Of a DNA stretch of 64,000 nucleotides, positions 26,176 through 37,400 are shown piece after piece. The notes below the pieces were generated by a model. The model was not told where the DNA came from, searched no databases, and was given only the letters and a program-made list of their open reading frames with translations. Origin of the DNA: Azolla caroliniana (taxonomy: Eukaryota; Plantae; Polypodiophyta); contig JBHGNT010000012.1 of assembly GCA_043228905.1 (NCBI GenBank), positions 14,074,001-14,138,000 of the forward strand, read 5' to 3'. A program made the position numbers and the translations under genes. How positions within the stretch are numbered: the first letter of the stretch is position 1; the number at the start of each line of letters is the position of its first letter.

Positions 26176-26879
26176 ATAAATAAATAAATAAATAAATATA
26201 TACCACACAATGGAGTAGATTGATGAAAAATATAGAGAATGATGGAGATTTCGTTTCTAAATTAGCCTCAAGAACTTCCTTGTCATTTATAACTTACATT
26301 GGCCACAACCTAGAAAACTCGATTGTCAGGATCAATTTGAACCCTAAAATGTTTTATTTTGGATTATAGGACACATGGGCCATGCATGTCATGCTCAATG
26401 TTAGATCCACCCAACTTTTAACTCTAACTCTTAAAGAAAGAACGCCATTTTCTTTAGGATTATAATAAACTGGCACCTAAGACCATGTTTCTAGTACGCA
26501 TTTCTTAATGACATCCTGATTCTTCTCTCAGTCTACTAATAAAGAGCCAAACAAGCAGGAACAGGAACAGGAACAGAAATGAAATTTCTTTTGCTCAACT
26601 TTCATTCTGTGTGTGGGTATAACTTGAATGGGTGAAAGAACAAGGCCATGGAAAAGATCTCGTCGTCTGGAACAAAAGAAAATTTACCTCAAGATGAGTG
26701 TAAAAGAGGATGGAAAGCCTGAGTAATTCTTCTTTCCTCCCCTCTGTCTCTGTCTCTGTCTCTGTCTCTGTTTCTGCCTCTGTGTCGCTGCCATTGACGG
26801 AAGGAGACGAATTGAAGTGTTAGTTTTCCGGAGAAAGAATTATAGGATTGGAAGAAACGCCCACTTCACACACACAAAC

Positions 26880-29217
26880 AGACATTCTATGTACTTCCAA
26901 AATGGTACATGCTACATCGGACATTTAATGAACCTATGTGTACGCTATATCGGACATTTAATGAACCTATGTGTACGCTATATCGGACATTTAATGAACC
27001 TATGTGTACGCTATATCGGACATTTAATGAACCTATGTGTACGCTATATCGGACATTTAATAAACCTATGTGTACGCTATATCGGACATTTAATGAACCT
27101 ATGTGTACAGTTATCCAGCCATGGAACGATGCAAAAGAAACAAGTGCCGAACCCTGGTCCTCGTCTCTTTTTAAGGCCGAACCTAATGGGAGCCCACCAA
27201 TCATGCCTCTCCTCCATATGTATACCTTTGCACGAAATGGTAGATGGGAATGCCAACTATGTTGTAATATTTTTTTTCCACCGCCTTGTATCTGACTTAC
27301 ATACATTCCACAACTTCGCTGCTTTAGGAGATAGCCAAGATAATGATGCCATCGCATGATGATACAATACATTCGTAATAACAAGCGTGTACCAATCATC
27401 TTGTAACCGCCAATCTACCCAATGTGCAAATTTGGTTTTCAATGGCAAAGATCCTTGCAACAATGGTATATCTAGTAATTTCTCCCAAATAAATCCATAA
27501 TTTGGGGGGAATACATAACCATCGCTTCACATCTTTAAAATCCGATAACCTTTGAGATTCATTATCAACCACATCTTCCAAATGTACAATCCCCAATCGA
27601 AATAAACGACTGGATTGAGATCTCAACTTCTCTTTCCCATGCCAAAACAACACTCGAGAAGAAACAAACAATTCATTTTGTAATGAATTACAATATTCTC
27701 GATCACTTGATGGTCCCCATTCAAAAAGAGATAATGCATCTTGCCACGATCTTACCAAATGTTGTCCACATACAGAATGTCGAATCTTTAGAGGAATACT
27801 TCCATTGAGTAATGACCACCAAGATGCTTGAATCTTTGTTTTCCCATGCACCAATCCTTCATGCTCAATAAAATATTGCATCATAGATATCCATGGTTGA
27901 TATTGTTGACATATATCTCGTAATAATGCAAATCTACGAGCCATCAAATGCCTTTCCAAATCTAATATTGTTGCACCACCTAACCTTTTAGGAGTAGCCA
28001 AATGGTCCCATGAAATCCATGTAACTCCCATCATTTCTCCCTTCCGCCACAACATGAACCGAATAGGTTGTAAAATGTTTTGTAATGCCTTCTTAGTCCA
28101 AGGTAGTAAAGGCAAAAAATATAATAACATGGGTATCAAGATACATTGCACCACTTTGAGTCGTACATGAAAGGGCCATAATTGAGACTTCCAATCCATA
28201 AATTTGTCCTTCAATTTACTACCAATCCAATCAATCAATTGAACATTTCTAACATCAGCACCCAATGGATAACCCAATTGTCGATAAATTGATCCTCGTG
28301 TAATCACTAACCCTCGCCATCCCAAACATTCCAAATCACTCTCCGTACAAGAAATAAGGCAAGACTTCCACCAATTTATATACAACCCTGAAGCCAAAGC
28401 AAATTGATCCCAAACTTGCATACTCCTTTCAAGATTTTCTTTTGAGGCTAGTAAAAACATAAAAGAATCATCAACCAATGATTGTGCCACCAATTGTCTA
28501 CCAGAAGGAAGATGCAAACCCACAATATCACCATTAGCTGCAAGATTTGACAACATTACTAACAAAGGATGTGTAACAATAGCAAAGAACAATGGGCTTA
28601 GTGGACATCCTTGCCACACAGATCTAGTAAGAAACACTTTCGGACTAACTCCGCCATTAAGCATCACACGCGAGGTCGCATTTTGCCCTAGCAAAAAGAT
28701 AAGACGACACATACGAGGACCAAACCCCATATTATACATCACATGTGAGAGGAAAGACCAATTAACATGATCATATGCTTTTTCCAAATCTAATTGCACC
28801 ATAACCATTTCTTGATGTGTATGTTGAGCATAATCGGTAGCCATTTGAATATTCAAAACATTATGCAATATATTTCTACCTGTAATAAAACCATATTGAG
28901 ATGGATGAATAAGTTGAGGTAAGAACTTCTAAAGTCTGTTGGATAATATCTTTGCAAACACTTTGTATAACCCTTCCCATCAATGAAATAGGCCTCCATT
29001 GATGAAATGACTCTGGAGATGGTACCTTTGGTGAATGGACTCTTAAGCATGCGAGCGTAATTCTTAAAAACTTCATTTGTAATACCATCCCAACCAGGGC
29101 TTTTACCATTCAGAAGGTGTAACAATACCTTTTCCACCTCAGCTTCTTCAAAATCGGTATCCAATTTTTGACAAATATTTATATTCTTGAAAAACACATT
29201 TATTAATATAATTGTGT

Positions 29218-29270
<53 letters not shown>
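26880..29270 (-). mobile_element. L1-clade LINE fragment (RT and zf-RVT), decayed, with a (GA)n tract at the right end
   Basis: KSPGWDG, QWRPISL, LDLEKAYDHVNW, QGCPLSPLFF, LVDDS, YRQLGYPLG and PKRLGG. zf-RVT GTCFFC...THRFIKCP. Confidence 0.88.
26911..27108. repeat. 33-bp tandem repeat, 6 copies
   Basis: Unit ATCGGACATTTAATGAACCTATGTGTACGCTAT. Confidence 0.95.
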
Positions 29271-29271
<1 letters not shown>

Positions 29272-30686
29272 CAAGAGTGGAGAGGGGAAGAAAAAGCAAA
29301 ATTGTTTTTATTGCTGCGCTCTCTATGGGTAACAGAATCAGTAACGAGATATAACAAGTTAAATTTGGTGGTCTGTGCGAGAAGCAACGATTAAAATAAG
29401 GAATCTTGTGTTGTTGGCATCCACATACTCAACACACATTGCGGGTCTTCAATTGTATTCATCATCTTCGACCTCTTCAATCGGGTGAGTTCCGGTTGTC
29501 TTACATGTTCATGGAAAATTGTTTTTATCTCGGATCACTATCACATCAAGAATAATGGACATAAACATGAATTCCTCTCAAATTGTGGGGGACATCGATA
29601 TGGAAACAATTGATCCAAAAAAGAGTAATGTGATGGTTGAAACACGTTCGCGTTCACAAGTGGAAGGATTGCGCATTCCACTTGTAGAATCTTCTTAAAA
29701 CGAAGCAAATACACCCTCTCTACAAAAATTGGATGCACTAGTATCACATGTTCCTGAACTTGATGAAAATTTGCAAATATAAAAATACATGATAGATCTA
29801 CGAGTGGAGATCATTAGAAATCATGCAAGTTTAGACACGTTGATAAGTTAATGTAGGCATAATAAAGTTCAACTATGGCTCAATATGTCACTACTGTGCG
29901 ACAAGGGAAACACTAACTTAAAGACTTATAGTAATTAGGTAAGTTTTACAAAAATATCAGGTGTACTTGTATCCATACTAATAAAATGAGTTATAATTTA
30001 TACTTTGACCCATACGTGCATGTATGTAATTGTGGAAAATGTAGGATAATGCACATTAGGATAAGTGATTGGAATAATTAACTTATTAAAGTATTCAATA
30101 CTTGTATTTAAAGTTGATCTAATCTATTCCTCAGTTTGTTCATATGGGATCAAACCATATGTATATAATTGTGGACAATGTAAGGCAGTGAACTTTAGGA
30201 TAATGTCGTGGAAATAACAAACCTATTAGGCTTTCATACCTGTATTTAAAATTGATCTACTCTATTGCTTAGGTGATTCACACAGGATCAAACTCCGAAC
30301 GATAACGCAACTGGAACCATTATCAACACATTACACAATCTAAGCAACAATGGAATAGAAACATAATAGTTTTAACAATAGAAGACAAAGATCCATAATA
30401 ACAACATGGACAGTCATGGCAACAATTATAGGGCCATGTTCTGTTAAGGTTAGCTTGGACCAAAATCAGCCTCAATTTAAACTAATTCATGTTTCTCCAT
30501 AAATTTGGTAGTCAGCTATGCACGCGGTGAAACCAATGTCATAAATCTACTAACCAAGTATATAAAAATAAAATTGAAACATATAGAAGATTATAAAGAA
30601 TAGAATCCACTAGGTAAAACCCAAAATTTGTATTAATAATGTGAAATCCTAACAAATCGTCAGTGTCATTTTCTTCATAGAGTCTA

Positions 30687-33600
30687 TTACATAGCAATCA
30701 ATTCATCAACGTCATTTTCTTCATCATCTTGTGTAGAACTCTCTTCGGCTATACGTGCATTGGCTTCCCCTGTTAGCCGAGCCAACGAAATATCTTCTAT
30801 AAGCTCATCATCAAGCTCTATTAGCTCCCCCGGTTCGCCGGCTAACGGAGGAATAGGCTCTCGCGAAGCAGGTTGAAACCTTTCTGTATTAGCGAGGTTC
30901 TTTGCACCGACCTCCTCATCCTGGTCTGGGCACTCCCACAAAGCCTTAATCCGCATATTAATAAATATAACCTGGACCTCGTCCTTCTCCAATGCAACTG
31001 TATTTCTAAAAAGCTTCAATGCACATACAGACGTCGTTCCTATGATGTAAGTAACAAGAAGATTTAGTTGTCAAACGAAAAAAAAAGGGATTGGTTATCT
31101 CAAGATCGTTACCCTAGTTCGAGGAATACCTGTGCCAGAAAAGAGATCTAATATCCAGTCTCCTTCGATAGAAAACATCTCGATCAAGTGCATCATAAGT
31201 CGTTGAGGTTTTTGGTATGGGTTGACAAGTCCCCGTTTTGTCGTGGTGACATGTCACAATTTCTGTGTCACTGCTGGATATACCAACAGATTTGAACCTC
31301 CCACTTCATTAGAATGCTCCTTGATTCTCTGTTTCTTAATTTCATCGAAGTAGCCAATCGTGATGTATTCAATGGCATTAACGAACCGAAAAGTTGGCCC
31401 TCTATTTACATTGGTCTTGATCCTATAAAAAATAATACATCGAGTTAAGAATAGATTGAACAACCTTAAGAAATGCAATATAGTGAAAGACACCTATAAA
31501 TAATCCTTACCATGCAAGGTTCTCGATGCCATGGCAACGAGATCTCAAAGCTTGAGCTACCGAGTACCCTTGGTCCATACTATGAAAGATAACTATTCGC
31601 CACAAGGATGCAGTCGTTAGCTCAGCGAAATCCTTGACCATCTTCTCCAATTGTTTAAACCTAAACGGTTCATCGTCGTATGATGACCCAGCCATTCGAA
31701 ATCCGTAAGGAATATCCGCAATCATTAGCGTATATTCCTTCTTTGGCACCTTTTGGATCAAGTCGACGACATCACCGCAAACCACATTGTAGTAAAGATC
31801 TCTCGTAATATCTTTTTTGAGGCTAAATTTTTTAAAGGAGCCATCTTCCTCCATTTCGTACGCCTTGACTAAGCGACGATCCTTTTCTTTTCTGGCTCGC
31901 TCGAGATGTGCAAGGAAGGATGTAGGGAAATCGTGTATATCCTTAACTTCTCCTTGTTTCTTGCCTCGGCACGGTTTCTAATAGAAGCAATAGGACATCA
32001 GGTATTATTATACAAGCTCTACATATGATGAAAGGGTAATGAAAAACCATCAATACTAACCCAATTCTTGAATGCAATAAAATACTCTGATAATGCCTTA
32101 TATGAAGACGTTAGAGGATAATCCTCAGTCACTTGTTCCCAAGTTATACATCCAAGTTGTTTCATCATAACTTCTTGGATCTTCATGTACACCTTATGAC
32201 TGTAAAATTAGAAATCAAGATTAGAACTTTGAATTACACCAGATAGACTACAATTTTAGTATTTGAAAGACTTACTTATTGAACTCAGTGACCATTTCTT
32301 CAAGGCTTAAATCTTTCGCCACAACCCTTGACAAAACAGACACAAGAAGCTACTCGTCCTTAATACCTTGCATCGCTCTCCATAGAGACAGCTTCATGTC
32401 GTCTACCGCTTCTTCAATTGTCAAGTCAATTTTCTTGGCAGCTTGTGACTTTAACTCTAGTTGAGGGTCAATCTTACATTTCTTTTGTCGTTGACCCTTT
32501 ACCTCCTTATTCTCCCACATTGAGAAGATTTCATCTTGTAGGTCCCATACTTCTCCATCTCTAAACGCCAATTGAAACCAAGACTCATATTTTCGAAGAC
32601 CATCGGACTTAACATTATCATCTACCATAATGCCGACTTCATGCAGACATTGACGTCGTAGGCCTAGATGTAACTTCACACCAAACTTTTGTTTCACGTC
32701 TAAATACTCGTGGTGGAAGAACCGTATACGCTCAATGGACGACATTTTCTGCCTATAGTCATTATCATTATTATGGTCCAATGCCAACAGCTTAGCCTCT
32801 TCGGTTGTGAGCCCAACATAAATTTTGCACTCGGCATACTTGAAGAAGAAAGTCGTTGGATGTTCTCTCACAAGCTGCCGACGTGCCTCTACTGAATGCG
32901 ATCCACCAATGACAAAATAATTATATTGATCATGCTTTCTAATATCAAAATCTTCAATGGTTCCACATTCTTCAGGATCTACCATAACAATAAATGGCAC
33001 CACAGTGGCATGAGGATTAATTTTCATTTTTTTCTTGAGATTTTGAACATGCATGCGGTGTGGCTCTCTAATCTCAAGTGGTCGTCGACTTGTTTTTTCA
33101 TCAATAGGGGGCCGATGGATGTGTGTTATAGGCAAATTAAACACTTGCCCTTTCTTGACCAGTTTACGTTGCATTAACTCTCTCCTTATCTTATTCTGCT
33201 CGGATGACAAAACACCCGATGCCAGCTCAGCTCCTGACGTCCCCTTATTATCCTCCTCTTCGTTTTCACTTGTTGAATCGGTGTCCGACATTTTGGTTGT
33301 CTTCTTCTTTGGTGGTCTTGACTGGACTTTGGATACCCTTTTTGTGGCCTTCAATGGGGAGGGCACTTCATCTCTTAGAGTTACATGGCCTTGTATATAA
33401 GGCCTCAAGGTAACAATAAGGTTTTGTGAGCTTTCAAGATCTTTTTTGAACGCTTCTGGCCACAAGATTCCTTTACTAAAAGGTCTTCTGGAAGGAACAC
33501 TTTACGTACCCCCTTGGAGCACTCTATCATTGCCAGTATGTTGGCTGAATCTGCATCTTTGTAGTCAAATCGTAGAATACGGCCATACATAAATGGGGTT

Positions 33601-33900
33601 TCCTTTCCAAGCTGCCCCTCCCCCTTCTTCTTTGCTGTATACAATACGACTTTTTTCTTTGAGTCGACATATTGCATACACCATTCCTTGTCCGTTAGAT
33701 CACGGTCAGGAAGGTCTTCACCTCCAGTAGCGGCGACAAGTTTCTTTTGGCTAACATCAATATGTGGCTGAGATTTTGTCTCCTCGTTGAAGAGAAGCTT
33801 TTTTCCTCTCTTCATGGTCTCAGGAGCTACCTTGGTCTGGGCTTCGATTGGAGAACCCTGTATGCGAAGCTTTATTTTCTTCACGGGTCGGTCCGACAGG
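30687..33900 (-). pseudogene. ParB/Srx-like domain plus beta-class N6-adenine/N4-cytosine DNA methyltransferase (N6_N4_Mtase-like); spliced exons ~33900-32276, 32199-32061, 31977-31511, 31422-31130, 31039-30687; probable first exon 38186-38152
   Basis: ParB-like PFIVMV...YFVIGGSHSVEA...LTTEEAKLLALDHN...MSSIER. MTase VVCGDVVDLI...LMIADIPYG (motif IV), W|IKTN...RFVNAIEYI, NPYQKPQRLMMHLIEMFSIEGDWILDLFSGTG|TTSVCA...VALEKD (motifs X, I-III). The four downstream introns are GT-AG and keep frame. Lesions: frameshift ~33465, TAG 32350-32352, TGA 31254-31256. Confidence 0.85.
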
Positions 33901-34437
33901 TTCTCAAACGACCAATTTAAGAAAGTATATGCAAAAACATAAGTTAGGTGGTCACGTAGATTAAGGTTGTATATTAAAATATAAATATGAAGATGAAGAA
34001 CAGTTCTCACTAGCAGGCGATTAGTGGTGAAGTGAAAATATCAATCATGCATTCAGAGTACATGGTAGTCCTATATTCAAAAATCTATTCTAGGCAGGGC
34101 TATTCAAACTAGAAAATATATATTGTAATAAGTAAACAGGGTTATATATTCTTTTAAAGAGTAGGTATGACTTATAGAGATTCCAAACCTATATTGAGGA
34201 GAATTTGCTATCATAAAGGCAATTTGTGGATCATTTTCTACTATTTTAAGCTATAGTAGGTCATAAAACACCTATAATTAGGGCATGTTTTTTTTTAAAA
34301 GTAAGGCAAGTCAACATAAAAAAGACTGATTTTGACAGACAATTTGATATCTTTTCCACACAATAATTAATTGTTACCCCAAAAACACAAATTTTCTCGT
34401 TCAGAGCCTTCTTTTATACAGGAACTCGATACGGCAT

Positions 34438-37400
34438 TGTCGTAGTGTATTTCGTACACTACGTGAAAAAGTAAAAATAATAAAACCGATTTAATTACAT
34501 ATAAATAAATAAAATAAGAATATCAAGATATTTATCACGTGCATAGGGCAAGATTCGAACCTTCTACCTCCACGTAGCCAAACCTCAACTTTACCATTAC
34601 ACTACCTTATCTTTAGTGTTCTACAAATAGATTTAATAACTATAACTGCTTTATTTGCGCCTACCTTTATTAAAAGGTAAATCATGCATTTTTAGAGTGC
34701 GTGAATATTTTATAGAAAAACGCAAGCAACTAAAAAGTGACTCATGCACATCTAGCGTGCATGAGCACTATATTTAGCAAATAAAAGCAAGGATTAGAAA
34801 AGCATTACATGCACATTTAGTGTGCATGAACGTATTAGAAAAAGCATGTAGCTATGCTTAGTCTCTCCCATCACTATATAAGGATGGGGAGCACATTGTA
34901 GTTTTTGTTGATTATTTTTCTATAATGATCAATCAATCTAAAATATTCGTGGGATTCACGAATTTGCTAAAATAATTCTCTCTTACTACCTAAATATTGA
35001 CTAAATGTACTAAACTCGTGGGATTCACGAGATTCTTATCTTATAACTCTTTATACCTATTCTTTACTAGCCTTATTTGTATTTTTCTTTCTCCTAGTCC
35101 AAAACCTCGGTGGTTCCCACCCGACTCACGCAAACGATCCGGAGCCGAAAGGCACGACACAGTTGGTGAACCCGACGTGAAGGCGGGTGGCAAGGAGATG
35201 GAGAATCAACAAGAGGCAATGAGTATAACGATGATGATGATGTTCGAGCGGATGCTACAAGAACAACGAGTGATGTCGGAGATCACGGGGGCAGTAAAGC
35301 GGCTCGTACAACGAAACGGACAATTCAACGGAAACGATGTGTCACGCTATCTACGTGACTACAAGGCGGAGATGATACGATGTGGGATACCGGAAGGATT
35401 GCAAGTGACATCCTTCAATCGGGTAGCCACGGATGAGTTACAAGAAAGAATCTACAAGATACAACAACAAAATCCAACATGGGGGTCCTTCGAAGAAGCT
35501 TTACGAGAGGCATATGATTACAAGAGATCGAAGGGAAAAGATCGGCGAGAATTCGACGAATGGGTGGCATCGGAGAAGACCCACCGAAGTGCAACACAAG
35601 CATTCCTAGAGTTCGAGCATCGTTTTGCTCGACTCTCGGAGCGGGAACAACGATTGGTGGGAGAAGATAAAGTCCTAATGTTCGTAAAATCGATCGATCG
35701 AAAAGAAAGGATGGACATCGGGATCGAACTCGAAGACGATGAAGGTATAAATGGTCTTACTGAAGATTGGGCCGAAGTCCAAAGGGTATGCCGGAGACAT
35801 GATGAGAGGAAGATGAGAATCTTGTCAACGACATGGCCGATGAAGGATGGTCGATTGAAGACAAACGATGGAGCCGATATGAAGGCCGAAATACAACATG
35901 ATGGTGCGACGGAAGAGGGTGTAAAACAAGCTACCCTCTTGTCTTGCGAAAGAACAACGACAAAGGATAAGGCCGATAACCCAAGTGTAGAAGAAGATTT
36001 CAGAATACAAGTGTCTGAAACATCGGGTGAAAAAGGGGTAAGCATAATTGATGCAGTGAAAGAGAGCAAGGAGGACTTGATTGAGGAGGTCACCATGAAA
36101 GATGACATCGAATTGAAGGTGGCTATGGACGAATCAACGACGGATGGCCATATCAAGACTTCCCCACCACTGATTTTAGAGACTCCGGCGGTTGCGTTCG
36201 AAAGGCAACGTGAGACCGAAGAGACGGAAGGTGGCGGAGAGAAAACAAAGGTCGAAGTCGATGCATATGACGGAGAGATAGCCGAGAATATGGCTATGGG
36301 TGAAACAATGGAGGATGATAATACCGAGGATTCCTGCCCACTAATCCTAGAGACTTCGGCGGTTGTGTCTGAGAAGCAACGTAAGACCGGAGAGACGGGA
36401 GGTGGCGGCAAGAAAGGTAAAGTCGGAAGCCAGTTAGGATGGAAGGTGATCCGGACGGGATTCCGATCCGAAAGAAAGCCGAACCGGGTAAAAGAGGATT
36501 CGACCGAAAGTCGACCCGAAAGAAAGCCGAACCGAAAGGAAGAGAATTCGGCCGAAAGACGACACAAACGAAAGCTGAATCGGGCGAATGAGGATTCGGT
36601 CGAAAGACGACCCAAAAGAAAGCCGACCCGAAAAGGGGTCGACTCGGTCAAAACCGATCGACCGAGTCTGACTTGGCCGAACGCGAATATGGATGGAAGC
36701 CGACCTAGCCGAAAGCCGATCGGACGAAACCGATCCGAAAAGAAGCTATTAATCCGACTCAACCGGAGGTTGGACCGGTCGAGGCTGGTGAAAACGAGAA
36801 AAAGAAAGCCAACCGAAACCAAAACCGACAGATCGAAACCGGGCCGGAAGGAGACCGACTTAATCGAAACCGAACAACCGATTCCGATTCGGCCGAATAC
36901 GAATCCGATCGGAAGCCGATCAAACCGAAAGTCGATTGGACGAGAGCGATCCGGAAAAAAGTCAAGGTTGATGAAGACAAGAAAGAGGCCAGTAAAAGAC
37001 ACTACCACGAATGACAAGGGCCAAGAATATGACGAGAGAGAACAAAGAATATGGTGGATCGGATGGCGACAATGGTTCGGGTGGAAAGAATGGGCCTACT
37101 CAAAATGGAGAGACAAAGTTGACATAGCGGGACAAACGGAGGATGAAGGGGAGACAACGAGCATCGGCAACTTCGGCACATACCGGAGGATGTGCGGGTT
37201 CGGAGGGGGCGAGTGTCGTAGTGTATTTCGTACACTACGTGAAAAAATAAAAATAATAAAACCGATTTAATTACATATAAATAAATAAAATAAGAATATC
37301 AAGATATTTATCACGTGCATAGGGCAAGATTCGAACCTTCTACCTCCACGTAGCCAAACCTCAACTTTACCATTACGCTACCTTATCTTTAGTGTTTTAA

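Noticed and set aside
26817-27399. Repetitive ORFs (IGHLMNLCVRY etc.)
   Set aside because: Artefact of a 33-bp in-frame tandem repeat.
30687-33900. Bacterial contamination or chimeric assembly as the source of the MTase
   Set aside because: The gene has frame-preserving GT-AG introns, a plant LTR element in its upstream region and deamination-type stops.
34539-34606. tRNA gene in the LTR
   Set aside because: A and B boxes are present but acceptor and anticodon stems do not pair; reported only as a tRNA-like promoter.
35100-35160. Hammerhead ribozyme (retrozyme) suggested by CCGAAAGG near the LTR end
   Set aside because: No CTGANGA catalytic core at a suitable position.
35518-37017. 499-aa antisense ORF
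   Set aside because: Mirror of the low-complexity, CCGA-rich gag tail, with no recognisable domain.
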